DNA of 64,000 nt. Source: Nitrospirota bacterium (lineage in GTDB: Bacteria > Nitrospirota > Thermodesulfovibrionia > UBA6902). Location: NCBI GenBank assembly GCA_016214845.1, contig JACRMS010000028.1, forward strand, positions 16,070 through 80,069, in the 5' to 3' direction. The position numbers and the translations under genes were made by a program. The notes below the pieces were generated by a model. It was not told where the DNA came from and did no database searches. It worked only from the letters and a program-made list of their open reading frames with translations. Position 1 is the stretch's first letter. The number at the start of each line of letters is the position of its first letter. This document shows, one piece after another, positions 10,345-19,810 of the stretch.

Positions 10345-10381
10345 TATTAGCTATAAGCTGATAGCTGTAAGCTATGAGCTT
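10345..10381. repeat. Degenerate heptamer array (AGCT core, 7-bp period)
   Basis: ttagctataagctgatagctgtaagctatgagct; similar array at 60677-60710. Confidence 0.65.
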
Positions 10382-10382
10382 T

Positions 10383-10901
10383 TCATCTCCACGGGCTCCA
10401 TCTGAAATATTCCTTTTCCATTTTGTCCTGAAGCTTTATTAACCCCTCCATCAGGGCTTCGGGCCTTGGCGGACATCCGGGGATATAAACATCTACCGGC
10501 AGAAAGGCGTCGCATCCCTGAACGACCGAGTAGGTATTGAATATCCCGCCTGAACAAGCGCAGCTGCCCATTGCGATCACGTAGCGGGGCTCAGGCATCT
10601 GGTCGTAAACCCTTCTGACAACAGGGGCCATTTTCTTTGTTACCGTACCTGCGATAATAATAACGTCGGCCTGTCTTGGAGAGGCGCGGAACACTATCCC
10701 GAAACGGTCAAGGTCGTAATGGCTTGCGCCGGTTGCCATCATTTCAATGGCGCAGCAGGCAAGGCCGAAGGTCATGGGCCAGAGAGAGTTTTTCCTTCCC
10801 CAGTTAATGACCTTATCGAGGGAGGTAATGATGGTGTTGCCTCCCGGTATGATCTTTGTGCCTTCTTCGACTTCTATTAAATCCGTTCCCGGTATTATCA
10901 T
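10383..10901 (-). CDS. nuoB: NADH-quinone oxidoreductase subunit B
   Basis: [35 protein letters not shown]. Confidence 0.97.
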   Translation of the reverse strand: MIIPGTDLIEVEEGTKIIPGGNTIITSLDKVINWGRKNSLWPMTFGLACCAIEMMATGASHYDLDRFGIVFRASPRQADVIIIAGTVTKKMAPVVRRVYDQMPEPRYVIAMGSCACSGGIFNTYSVVQGCDAFLPVDVYIPGCPPRPEALMEGLIKLQDKMEKEYFRWSPWR

Positions 10902-10913
10902 TTAATGGACCTT

Positions 10914-10993
10914 CGTAATTCGTGATGCGTAATGAGTAATGTGTAATGGATATTTTGTTCAAACACTTTACGCATTACGCTTAACGCTTCACG
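10914..10993. repeat. Inverted degenerate heptamer arrays (CGTAATG)n ... (TTACGCA)n
   Basis: cgtaattcgtgatgcgtaatgagtaatgtgtaatg ... ttacgcattacgcttaacgcttcacg; second copy at 11475-11538. Confidence 0.75.
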
Positions 10994-10998
10994 GTTTT

Positions 10999-11370
10999 TC
11001 ATTCCCACTCGAACGCGCCCTTCTTCCAGACATATATATAGCCGACTAAGAGGATGAACATGAACAGCATCATTTCTACAAAGCCGAATATTCCGAGTTT
11101 ATCATAAGCGACCGCCCACGGATACAGGAAAACCGCTTCAACGTCAAACACGACAAAGAGCATTGCTACGATGTAAAACTTAACGGAAAATTTGTATCGC
11201 GGTTCGCCGACCGGGGGGTTTCCTGATTCATAAGGGAAGAGCTTTTGCGTATATGGCCTCCTGGGCCTGACAAGGATTCCGATTACCAGGGAGCCGAGCC
11301 CGATGAATAACGCAATCAGCACAATGATTACAACCGGGAAATAATCTGATGGAATAAATGTTCCTGGCAT
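10999..11370 (-). CDS. nuoA: NADH-quinone oxidoreductase subunit A
   Basis: PYESG, FSVKFYIVAMLFVVFDVEAVFLYPW, WKKGAFEWE. Confidence 0.97.
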   Translation of the reverse strand: MPGTFIPSDYFPVVIIVLIALFIGLGSLVIGILVRPRRPYTQKLFPYESGNPPVGEPRYKFSVKFYIVAMLFVVFDVEAVFLYPWAVAYDKLGIFGFVEMMLFMFILLVGYIYVWKKGAFEWE

Positions 11371-11474
11371 AACGCTGTTTTTTATACAAAAAAACAGACA
11401 CCCTTGTCAAATTAATCTTGTTTATCGTTCTATAACGCTTACAGGAAATGGACCGCGCGATACCTGTTAAAGCC

Positions 11475-11538
11475 GTCATGAGTAATGCGTTATAAGTTGT
11501 TCTTTGCACCCATTACGCGTTACGCATCACGCGTTACG
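11475..11538. repeat. Inverted degenerate heptamer arrays in the divergent nuoA / kinase promoter region
   Basis: cgtcatgagtaatgcgtta ... cattacgcgttacgcatcacgcgttacg. Confidence 0.7.
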
Positions 11539-11624
11539 ATTTTTAAAGGCGCTTTATAAGAAAATGAAATCCTTTCATTTTGTCCTTTTAAAAATTTCAA
11601 AAGCATCCTATAATACTCCCCATT

Positions 11625-13226
11625 ATGAAGACCATCTTCAATTTCAGAAACCCCGAAAAATCCATTGCGACAAAACTCGTCATTGCAATCGGCCTGCTGA
11701 TCAGCATCGTAAGCTTTATTTTCTGGTATGCCATCCTGAAGAAACAGGAAGTGGACATCAGGTCCATAGCCGTAAAATACGGCGGGTCCTTCGTGAATTT
11801 TACAAAAGAGAGCATTCATCACAGCCTGCTGACATTCCAGCGCGAAGAGACACAGCGGGTGCTTGAAACTCTCGCCACACCTGAGGGCGTCAGGAGAGTA
11901 AGAATCTATAATCATCAAGGCACCATACTCTTCTGCTCGCACAAACAAAGCGTAGGGCAGATCATCGATAAGAACTCTGTCGCTTGCAAGGGCTGCCATG
12001 TTGAACCCGCTAAGTCTCCGGCGCTCCTGCAGACGCCTCAGGTATGGTCTGTTTACAAGGACAAAGGCGCCACTCACCTTAAAATTGTCGGGCCGATACC
12101 GAATGAACCGGGCTGTTCTACTGCAAGTTGTCACGCGCATCCCGAAGGGCAGAAGATCCTCGGATTTGTCGAGGCGGACCTGTCCCTGGCATTTCTTGAC
12201 GAGGCGCTTTTCAAGCAGGGTCTTGCCCTTACAGCCTACGTTGTAATATTCGTTATTGCCGTGTCGGTGTTCCTCGGAATAATTATCTACAAGATCGTTT
12301 CCAAGCCTGTCAGAGACTTAGTCAGCGGCATGGAGGAGGTCGCTGGCGGCAATCTCAATTACTCCGTCTCAATAAAATCCGCGGACGAGATGGGTGTGCT
12401 GGCCCAGACATTTAACTCTATGATCAAAGACCTGAAGGCGGCACGCGACCAGAGTGAGAAATTTACCCAGACACTTGAAGCGGAGGTAGCAAAGAAGACG
12501 GAGGAGATCCAAAAGACCCACACGAACCTCATGCAGACTGAAAAACTCGCCTCTCTCGGCAGGATGGCCGCAGGCGTGGCCCATGAAATCAACAACCCGC
12601 TGACAGGCGTTGTAACTTTTGCATATCTTTTAAAGAAGCGTTTTCCGGCAAACAGCTCTGAGTCGGAAGACCTGAATGTCATCATCGAACAGGCGGAGAG
12701 GTGTTCAAAGATAATAAAAAACCTTCTGACCTTTGCGCGCGCCACGCCCTCTGAAAAAGGGAAGGTCAGCATAAACGACATATTGAGCCGGACCATATTC
12801 ATGGTGCAGAACCAGGAGAAGTTCCATCACATCAAGTTCAATATTAACCTGGAGACTTTCCAGTTTATAATTGTCGGCGACCCGTCGCAATTCCAGCAGA
12901 TATTCCTGAATATGTTCATCAACGCGGCTGACGCCATGAACGGCAGGGGCAATATATTTGTTGCAACCCGCAGGATGACTGAAAACAATAAAGCCTATGT
13001 GGAGATAGAATTTACTGACGAGGGGAGCGGTATAAAAGAAGAGGACATGCCGAAGCTCTTTGAACCGTTCTTTACAACGAAGCCTGTTGGGAAAGGCACG
13101 GGGCTTGGACTTTCCGTCAGCCACGGTATCGTTAAACATTTGGGCGGCTATATCAAGGTGCAAAGCGCCGTTGGCAAAGGTACAAGCTTTTTTGTTAGAC
13201 TACCTTTAGCGGAAGAGGGAAAATGA
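11625..13226 (+). CDS. Membrane HAMP sensor histidine kinase with c-type haem-motif periplasmic domain
   Basis: Two TM segments, periplasmic CKGCH and CSTASCH motifs, HAMP (DEMGVLAQTFNSM), H-box AHEINNPL, N/G boxes, GKGTGLGLS. Confidence 0.92.
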   Translation: MKTIFNFRNPEKSIATKLVIAIGLLISIVSFIFWYAILKKQEVDIRSIAVKYGGSFVNFTKESIHHSLLTFQREETQRVLETLATPEGVRRVRIYNHQGTILFCSHKQSVGQIIDKNSVACKGCHVEPAKSPALLQTPQVWSVYKDKGATHLKIVGPIPNEPGCSTASCHAHPEGQKILGFVEADLSLAFLDEALFKQGLALTAYVVIFVIAVSVFLGIIIYKIVSKPVRDLVSGMEEVAGGNLNYSVSIKSADEMGVLAQTFNSMIKDLKAARDQSEKFTQTLEAEVAKKTEEIQKTHTNLMQTEKLASLGRMAAGVAHEINNPLTGVVTFAYLLKKRFPANSSESEDLNVIIEQAERCSKIIKNLLTFARATPSEKGKVSINDILSRTIFMVQNQEKFHHIKFNINLETFQFIIVGDPSQFQQIFLNMFINAADAMNGRGNIFVATRRMTENNKAYVEIEFTDEGSGIKEEDMPKLFEPFFTTKPVGKGTGLGLSVSHGIVKHLGGYIKVQSAVGKGTSFFVRLPLAEEGK

Positions 13227-13603
13227 AAAAAATACTGGTAATTGACGACGAAGCGATTGTAAGGACAAGCTGCGAAAGGGCCCTTGGACCGGAAGGCTAT
13301 GAAGTGAAAACAGTGGCCAGCGGCAGGGAGGGAGTTGAGCTCCTCAGGAAAGAGACTTTCGGACTGGTCCTGCTTGACCTGAAGATGCCTGACATGGACG
13401 GCATCGAGGTTTTAAACCTGATCAACACAAACTGGCCGAATACCAAGGTCGTTATGGTCACTGGTTACAGCACCGTCGAGACTGCTGTGCAGGCCCTCAG
13501 ACTTGGCGCGTATAATTTTATTGAAAAACCATTTACCCCCGACACGCTGGTTGCTGCTGTCAAAGAGGTTTTTGAAAATTCAGGGGACATTAAAAAGGAT
13601 TAA
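13223..13603 (+). CDS. Stand-alone response regulator receiver protein
   Basis: ILVIDDE, LLDLKMP, VTGY, IEKPF; overlaps the kinase stop by 4 bp. Confidence 0.93.
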   Translation: MKKILVIDDEAIVRTSCERALGPEGYEVKTVASGREGVELLRKETFGLVLLDLKMPDMDGIEVLNLINTNWPNTKVVMVTGYSTVETAVQALRLGAYNFIEKPFTPDTLVAAVKEVFENSGDIKKD

Positions 13604-13654
13604 TGAGGAAGGCATCTTTTTCATCCTTCCGCCTTCATCCTTAATTGAAAAAAA

Positions 13655-14005
13655 ATGACTCTCAAAGAGATAGCAGAGATCCTTGACGCAACAATTATTT
13701 CAGATTCAGATGATTTAAACGTTCAGATTGTAAACGCATGCAGCGCCGACATGATGAGCGCCGTGCTGTATTACCACACCCCGAATTCCCTGCTCATAAC
13801 CGGCCTTACCCAGCCGCATGTTATCAGGACCGCTGAGATCGCCGGCATAAAGACAATAGTGTTCGTCCTGAACAAAAAGCCTGACGCGTTAACTATCGAG
13901 CTGGCCAGGCAAAAGAAGATCCCGCTCCTCAGCACGCCGTGCTGCATGTACACCGCATCAGGAAGACTGTTCAGCGCGGGCCTGCCGGGCTGTCTGACCA
14001 AATAA
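13655..14005 (+). CDS. DRTGG-domain protein
   Basis: ACSADMMSAVL...LLITGLTQPHVIRTAEIAGI; family found in hydrogenase regulatory clusters. Confidence 0.8.
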   Translation: MTLKEIAEILDATIISDSDDLNVQIVNACSADMMSAVLYYHTPNSLLITGLTQPHVIRTAEIAGIKTIVFVLNKKPDALTIELARQKKIPLLSTPCCMYTASGRLFSAGLPGCLTK

Positions 14006-14006
14006 G

Positions 14007-14444
14007 ATGGCTTTAAATATAACTGGAAATATAGACGGTATTTTTCAATTGATCGGCGGGAATTTTTCAACCGCCGGTGAGGCCTCCACCCAGTTGAAAC
14101 ATAAACTCGCTGAGATCGGTGTCGATGAGGAAATTATCAGGCGCGCGACCATAGCGACCTTTGAGGCTGAGATGAACGTGATAATATACGCGGCCGCGGG
14201 CTGGCTTCATTACTACATCACCCCTGAAAGCATAAAAATAAGAATAGAAGACATGGGTCCCGGAATCGAGAACATTGAACTGGCAATGCAGGAAGGCTAT
14301 TCCACGGCGCCTGAATGGGTCAGGGAAATGGGCTGGGGCGCGGGCATGGGGCTGCCGAACATGAAAAAAAATTCCGATACATTCACAGTCGACTCGGTTG
14401 TCGGCGAAGGCACAACAGTGGAGATGGTCATAAATTTTCCTTAA
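14007..14444 (+). CDS. Anti-sigma regulatory factor-like Ser/Thr kinase (RsbT-type HATPase)
   Basis: FEAEMNVIIYA, EDMGPGIENIELAMQEGYST, GAGMGLPN, VGEGTTV. Confidence 0.88.
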   Translation: MALNITGNIDGIFQLIGGNFSTAGEASTQLKHKLAEIGVDEEIIRRATIATFEAEMNVIIYAAAGWLHYYITPESIKIRIEDMGPGIENIELAMQEGYSTAPEWVREMGWGAGMGLPNMKKNSDTFTVDSVVGEGTTVEMVINFP

Positions 14445-14459
14445 CCTTTTAGATAACAG

Positions 14460-14603
14460 ATAACCACAGAGGACACGGAGATAAAAATAAAACAATCCAC
14501 AGATCTCTCAGATTGCACAGAGTTAGAAAAAACTCCTATTGAAAATCTGTGCAATCTGCGAAATCTGTGGACAATAAAATTCCTCTGTGACCTCTGTGGT
14601 TAA
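14460..14603. repeat. Nested inverted nonamer arrays (ACCACAGAG-type outer, CACAGATT-type inner)
   Basis: aaccacagaggacacggag...ctctgtgacctctgtggtt enclosing ccacagatctctcagattgcacag...ctgtgcaatctgcgaaatctgtgg. Confidence 0.75.
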
Positions 14604-14623
14604 TAGTTAAAAGGAGAACCGAT

Positions 14624-14956
14624 ATGAAAGTCAAAGACCTTGTTGATCAATTGTCTCTGGATGTCAGATCATTTAATGACGGCCTTGGAAATGACATAAC
14701 CGGGGCATATGTCAGCGACCTGCTTTCCGATGTGATGGGAAACAGCAAAAAGGGGAATGTCTGGATAACCCTTCAGACCCATCTGAATATTGTTGCTGTT
14801 GCAAGCATGAAAGACCTCTCCGCTATTATAATCGTCGGAGGCAGGCAGGCGCAGGAAGAGACCATTAAAAAAGCTGAACAGGAAAAGGTCACAATACTGA
14901 CGACCGCGTTGCCTTCATTCGAGGCGTCAGGCAAAATTTATCAGATTCTTAAATAA
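14624..14956 (+). CDS. DRTGG-domain protein
   Basis: GAYVSDLLSDVMG...VWITLQTHLNIVAVA; AAGGAG RBS. Confidence 0.82.
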   Translation: MKVKDLVDQLSLDVRSFNDGLGNDITGAYVSDLLSDVMGNSKKGNVWITLQTHLNIVAVASMKDLSAIIIVGGRQAQEETIKKAEQEKVTILTTALPSFEASGKIYQILK

Positions 14957-14960
14957 CATT

Positions 14961-15107
14961 TGCCACGAATCACACGAATAATCACGAAATATCAGGCCGC
15001 AGATTTTCGCTGATATACGCGGATAAGCTTATTTTCTTAAATCATGATAATTGCTTCTGGTCTTATTTTTTATTTTCATTCGTGTTTATTCGTGTGATTC
15101 GTGGCTA
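14961..15107. repeat. Inverted nonamer arrays (CACGAAT-type)
   Basis: gccacgaatcacacgaataatcacgaa ... ttcgtgtttattcgtgtgattcgtggc. Confidence 0.75.
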
Positions 15108-15118
15108 AAAAGTCTTTT

Positions 15119-16516
15119 TTACAGTGGCAAATTAATTAAAAACCGGCTGCCCTTTCCAAATGCGCTTTCCACTTTAATGTTCCCGCCGTGCGCTTCTACA
15201 ATTATCTTTGATATGCTCAAGCCAAGGCCGGTGCCGTCTTCGCTTCTTGAAGTGTCCGCCCTGTAAAACCGTTCAAATATCTTTTCCAGATCGTCCTGCC
15301 CGATGCCGGGGCCTGTGTCTAAGACTGAGATCACTGCGGTATTGTTATTTCTTGCCGTGGTAATTTCCACTGCTCCGTTTTCCTTATTGTAGTTCACGGC
15401 GTTTTCAATTATGTTCAGAAATACCTCGGTGAGCCTGTCTTTATTTCCCGTTATATTAATGTCATCTTTAAGGACCGTATTTATTGTTACGGATTTCTTT
15501 TCTGTCAGCGGCACTGCCATCTGCGCCGCTTCCCGGATGCATTCATTTAAAGATACGATCTTAAAACCATCCGGAGACAGCATCCCCGAATCAAGGCGCG
15601 CCAGGGAAAGCAGGTCTTTTATAAGCCTGCCCATGTTCTCAGAGACGGTCCTGATCGTACTCAACGCTTCAACGTATTCATCCTTTGTCCTGTCCTTTTG
15701 AAGCAGGACGTCGCAGTGGGTCTTTATCACAGTAACAGGTGTCTTAAGCTCATGGGACGCATCAGCGACAAGACGCCGCTCCGTCTCAAACGCCTTCTGG
15801 AGCCGGTCCAGCATCGCATTGAAAGAATCCGCGAGCACGGACAGCTCATTGGTCACTGCCTCAACGTCTATCCTCTTGCTGAGGGTTTTATGGGTGATGT
15901 TTTCGATATCGGAAGAAAATATTTTTAAAGGATCCAAAGAATGATTTGCCGCCCACAGCCCTGCAAAACTGATTATAAGGATACCCACGGAAGCCGCGAT
16001 CAGCAAAAAACGTTTAAACATATTGATCATCTCAAGGCTGTCAGCGATGCTTTCGGCGGCAAATACGCTGACGGGAATGCCGAGGAAGTCAAGGTCATGC
16101 TGTTTTATCCGCACCGGTTCGTTGTCTGGCCCGACGGATGTATAGACCCTTTCACTGAGCGCTTCATCGTAATATTCAAGTTTGGCTGATGTTAAATTAA
16201 TATCCTCATCGGCAAGTGAAGGTGATGCCGCAAGCAGCCTTCCGTTCATCAGCACCTGGTAGTAATGTCCCGAGCGCGGGATGGAATACGCCCCTGCGAT
16301 GATCTCGGAGAGTTCAAGCTCTATCCTGCCGTCTTCTTCGTGAAGTAAACCCGTAATGACCTGAAGCTGCGAATGGAGCGCCCGGTCAACAGAGGCAAAG
16401 ATGATCCGCTCTACCTCATGATAGAGGAACAGACTGACGGTAATAAGCAGAATGGACGTCAAACTGAGGAACCAGAAGAATAACCTGCCCTTGATGGATT
16501 TGGGGAATATCTTCAC
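15119..16516 (-). CDS. HAMP sensor histidine kinase (CusS/QseC-like class)
   Basis: Two TMs, HAMP, ADASHELKTP, IFERFYRAD, GTGLGLSI. Confidence 0.92.
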   Translation of the reverse strand: MKIFPKSIKGRLFFWFLSLTSILLITVSLFLYHEVERIIFASVDRALHSQLQVITGLLHEEDGRIELELSEIIAGAYSIPRSGHYYQVLMNGRLLAASPSLADEDINLTSAKLEYYDEALSERVYTSVGPDNEPVRIKQHDLDFLGIPVSVFAAESIADSLEMINMFKRFLLIAASVGILIISFAGLWAANHSLDPLKIFSSDIENITHKTLSKRIDVEAVTNELSVLADSFNAMLDRLQKAFETERRLVADASHELKTPVTVIKTHCDVLLQKDRTKDEYVEALSTIRTVSENMGRLIKDLLSLARLDSGMLSPDGFKIVSLNECIREAAQMAVPLTEKKSVTINTVLKDDINITGNKDRLTEVFLNIIENAVNYNKENGAVEITTARNNNTAVISVLDTGPGIGQDDLEKIFERFYRADTSRSEDGTGLGLSISKIIVEAHGGNIKVESAFGKGSRFLINLPL

Positions 16517-17188
16517 TTACTCCTTTTCCAGGACATAGCCTGCGCCTCTTACCGTTCGAATAAGCTGTTTGCCGCGTCCCTTGTCAATCTTGTTTCTCAG
16601 ATAGTTGATATAGACGTCTATCACGTTGCTGTCAAGATCAAACTCCGAATCATAAATATGCTCGGTAAGTTCGGTCCTGCTTATTACCTTGCCGGTGTTG
16701 AGCGCGAGATATTCAAGCAGTTTATATTCGGTTGAAGAAAGTTTGATCTCCCTGTTGCCTCTCTTTACGGTCATGGAGTTCATGTCTATTTCGAGGTCGC
16801 CTATACCGATGGTTGACGAGGGTTTGCTCCTGCTTCTTCTTATAACGGCCTTCAGTCTTGCAAGCAGCTCTGAAAAATCAAACGGCTTTGCAATGTAGTC
16901 GTCCGCCCCGGTATTCAACCCCTTTATCCTGTCATCAACTTCCCCTCTCGCCGTTATCATAAGGACCGGCACGGCTACTTGTTTTGCCCTGATCTTTTTC
17001 AGGACTGTAAGCCCGTCCATTTTGGGAAGCATGATATCAAGAAGGATAGCGTCGTAAGAATATGTCTCTGCCATGAAAAGCCCTTCCTCGCCGTCAAAAC
17101 ATAATTCCACAACAAAGCCGTTTTCTTCAAGGCCCTTCTTCAGTATCCCCGCTAATTTCTTCTCATCTTCTACTATAAGTAAACGCAT
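16517..17188 (-). CDS. OmpR-family DNA-binding response regulator
   Basis: LLDIMLP, GADDYIAKPF, SNVIDVYINYLRNKID, TVRGAGY. Confidence 0.95.
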   Translation of the reverse strand: MRLLIVEDEKKLAGILKKGLEENGFVVELCFDGEEGLFMAETYSYDAILLDIMLPKMDGLTVLKKIRAKQVAVPVLMITARGEVDDRIKGLNTGADDYIAKPFDFSELLARLKAVIRRSRSKPSSTIGIGDLEIDMNSMTVKRGNREIKLSSTEYKLLEYLALNTGKVISRTELTEHIYDSEFDLDSNVIDVYINYLRNKIDKGRGKQLIRTVRGAGYVLEKE

Positions 17189-17206
17189 AGGATTTGGAAC
17201 AAAGTC

Positions 17207-17245
17207 TGCACAGGCAGTCAGGCATTTTGCCTGGCTGCCTGTGCA
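17207..17245. terminator. Intercistronic stem-loop (terminator or mRNA stability hairpin)
   Basis: TGCACAGGCAGTCAGGCA-ttt-TGCCTGGCTGCCTGTGCA just after the stop of 17254-18447; U-tract weak. Confidence 0.5.
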
Positions 17246-17253
17246 GGATGTTT

Positions 17254-18447
17254 TTAGTCCTCAAGCTCTATCTTGATAGCCGCATTGGTGTCGCTGTTGA
17301 TCTTGACCTCCACGATCCATCCTGTCTGAAGGTCGGTAAAACAGGCTTCGCCCTGACCCATCATGCCCTGTGTGTATTTGCACACTGTGTTATCAGTGAC
17401 AGTGATCGGGGCCGGGGCCGTGTCTAATGTGAAATCGGCTGCGCCTTTAGTAGCAACCTTTCCTTTGAGTTCCCTGTTCTGGTGCGTTTCACCTTCATCG
17501 CTGCCGGAATCAGAACCTTCACAATCCGATGATGATGATTTAGCTTCTATCTTGGTTGCAGTGATTGTAGTTGTTGAAGACAGATCATCGGATGTCTTTA
17601 TTTCGAGACAAGTATTGAGGGTGAGGGCATTCAGGCAGTTCGCCGCGCCGGAATAGTTTATATCATTCACTTCGCAGATCGTGCTGCCCGTGAGGTTAAC
17701 CGTAAAATCCGTGCTCATGTGTTTGACGGTTATACTGTCAGCCCCGACATTAGTCAATGTCCCGTGCAGATCAAATTCCGAAGCCTCTATCTCGCTTTCA
17801 GATGTAATCGGCTGCATCTTTACTTCTGTTATACACCACGAAGATGTATCAGCGGGACTTGTACACGAATACTTTTTTACCTCAAACTCTTTAAGGACAA
17901 AATCAACCACGAGCTTATCTGAGCTCAATGGCTGGACCCTGCCGTTAAACCTTATGAAGCATTTATTGCTGCCATCTGCCGGGCACTGCACTGTATCAGG
18001 CTTGTTTGGCTTTTCATCCATGTCGGAAAAGAAAGCGTTATGAGCAACGCCGCTGTTGTCCGTTATGCTTGCCATGTTCCCGATGATGATCTCAAGCCTG
18101 TTAAATGTCCCCGCAGGGAAGGTGGCAGTTGTTATTAACTGGAGAACACCGTTAAGCTTTGCAAGGTCAACTGAAAGCCCCGTTGCATTTATGTAGAGGT
18201 TCTCCTTGGTTGTACAGTCATTGTCAGAACACAGATTGATCTCATAAACAGTTACCGTTATCGCGGGGAACTGGTCTGCCGGGTCATCCGTTAAAAACAC
18301 CCCGACGCTTTTCGCCCCTGCTGAACTGTTTGAGCCTCCGCCTGAACCTGAGCCGCCTCCGCTGCCTCCGCCGCTACAGTACGCAAGTATCAATGCAACA
18401 CTTATTGCCCCTAACAGCAAAAGCATTTTTTTTCCTTTGGTAATCAT
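17254..18447 (-). CDS. Putative Cys-rich lipoprotein, DUF4382-like plus DUF5666-like domains
   Basis: Signal peptide with LAYC lipobox-like site, G/S linker, VFLTDDP motif, repeated G...F.......V...T...VEVK..A.KIE beta modules. Confidence 0.7.
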   Translation of the reverse strand: MITKGKKMLLLLGAISVALILAYCSGGGSGGGSGSGGGSNSSAGAKSVGVFLTDDPADQFPAITVTVYEINLCSDNDCTTKENLYINATGLSVDLAKLNGVLQLITTATFPAGTFNRLEIIIGNMASITDNSGVAHNAFFSDMDEKPNKPDTVQCPADGSNKCFIRFNGRVQPLSSDKLVVDFVLKEFEVKKYSCTSPADTSSWCITEVKMQPITSESEIEASEFDLHGTLTNVGADSITVKHMSTDFTVNLTGSTICEVNDINYSGAANCLNALTLNTCLEIKTSDDLSSTTTITATKIEAKSSSSDCEGSDSGSDEGETHQNRELKGKVATKGAADFTLDTAPAPITVTDNTVCKYTQGMMGQGEACFTDLQTGWIVEVKINSDTNAAIKIELED

Positions 18448-18528
18448 GTTATTAACCTCCTGAATTTTTTCTGCTCAGCATTGAGCATTTTTTATGTGAT
18501 GCATTTCCCGGCGAACAGAGATCACGCC

Positions 18529-18849
18529 TCACTTCCTGGCCTTTTTGATCTCGATCTTATCCGCGGAAAACCCTTTCCCTTCATGTCCGCCCTTCACCTC
18601 AATATATGCGCCTGTCTCAGCCTTTCCGTGGTCCTCCTCAATCAGGGTATCGGATGTGACCAGTATCTCTCTCCCGTTCACTATCCAGGTCCCTATTAAC
18701 CCCTTTGGGAGTTCCTCTATCGTACCGTAGAGCTTGCTTTCATATCTCTTATGATGTTTATGCTCTTCGTCATCATTGCTGCCGAACACAACCCCCGCAG
18801 TCAAAGCAACTATCAATCCGATAGACAGAACAGCTGATAAGACCTTCAA
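18529..18849 (-). CDS. Small exported DUF5666-like protein with His-rich N-terminus
   Basis: Signal peptide, EEHKHHKR, GTWIVNGREILV..DT...GAYIEVKG...ADKIEI; AGGAGG RBS. Confidence 0.7.
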   Translation of the reverse strand: MKVLSAVLSIGLIVALTAGVVFGSNDDEEHKHHKRYESKLYGTIEELPKGLIGTWIVNGREILVTSDTLIEEDHGKAETGAYIEVKGGHEGKGFSADKIEIKKARK

Positions 18850-18915
18850 AGCATCACCTCCTGTTTCTTGTTCTTATTCTGAACTGCATTCCTTGTCATA
18901 CCTTTTATAAAAATG

Positions 18916-18948
18916 ATTATATCAAACCAAGATTAAAGGAAGATTAAA
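18916..18948 (-). promoter_or_regulatory. Putative promoter: TATAAT -10 with tandem OmpR-type boxes
   Basis: Minus-strand TATAAT at 18921-18916; AAGATTAAA direct repeats at 18929-18937 and 18940-18948 (11-bp period). Confidence 0.55.
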
Positions 18949-19064
18949 ATCTTACGTCCCGCAGGGAAACAACTTTCCTAACGCATTGTATTTTAGTTTA
19001 AAACGCAGCTATAGAAAACCATAACGGGGTTTACAGAAAAGTCAAAAAAGAAATATGATACAAA

Positions 19065-19808
19065 ATGCTGAAACCGTTTAAGGCCGACCTCCACATCCAC
19101 ACATGCCTCTCCCCGTGCGCCGACCTTGAAATGAGCCCATCCGCTGTAGTAAGAACGGCGCTTGAAAGAGGCATAGACATCATCGCTATCACCGACCATA
19201 ATTCAGCGGAAAATATAATCGCCGCCCGGAAGGCCGCTGAAAATTCAGGACTGACAGTGCTTGCCGGGATGGAGGTAACATCCTCGGAGGAAGCGCACAT
19301 CCTTGCGCTCTTTGATGATGCTGAAGGAATTATGAAATTACAGGATATCGTGTACGACAATCTGCTGCCGGGAGAGAACGACGAAAAACTCTTCGGCGAG
19401 CAGATAGTTGTAAATGAAAAAGACGAGGTCATGGATTTTAATAAACGCCTGCTCATCGGAGCGACATCATTGCCCGCAAAGACAATCGTTGACACGATAC
19501 ACACTTTAGGCGGCATTGCCATCGCTTCGCACATTGACAGGGACGCCTTCAGCATCGTATCACAGTTAGGCTTCATTCCTGAGGATTTAAATTTTGACGC
19601 GCTTGAGATGTCGCCAAGGACCGACAGGGGGAAAGCTGTGCTTTTATATAATGACTACGCCTCATTTGCTTGGACAACTTCCTCGGATGCACACTGGCTG
19701 AAAGACATCGGAGAAAGAACAACCACCTTCCTCATAAACCGGCCGACACTGGAGGAGATGAGACTGGCCATGAAAAACATTGACGGAAGAAAGGTGGAGT
19801 GGGGGTAA
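19065..19808 (+). CDS. PHP-domain metal-dependent phosphoesterase
   Basis: DLHIHT, ITDHN, GMEV...EAH, ASHIDR, SSDAH. Confidence 0.9.
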   Translation: MLKPFKADLHIHTCLSPCADLEMSPSAVVRTALERGIDIIAITDHNSAENIIAARKAAENSGLTVLAGMEVTSSEEAHILALFDDAEGIMKLQDIVYDNLLPGENDEKLFGEQIVVNEKDEVMDFNKRLLIGATSLPAKTIVDTIHTLGGIAIASHIDRDAFSIVSQLGFIPEDLNFDALEMSPRTDRGKAVLLYNDYASFAWTTSSDAHWLKDIGERTTTFLINRPTLEEMRLAMKNIDGRKVEWG

Positions 19809-19810
19809 TC

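Noticed and set aside
11504..12140. ORFs 11504-11866 (+) and 11520-12140 (-)
   Set aside because: Overlap the kinase gene and a repeat array; no recognisable motifs
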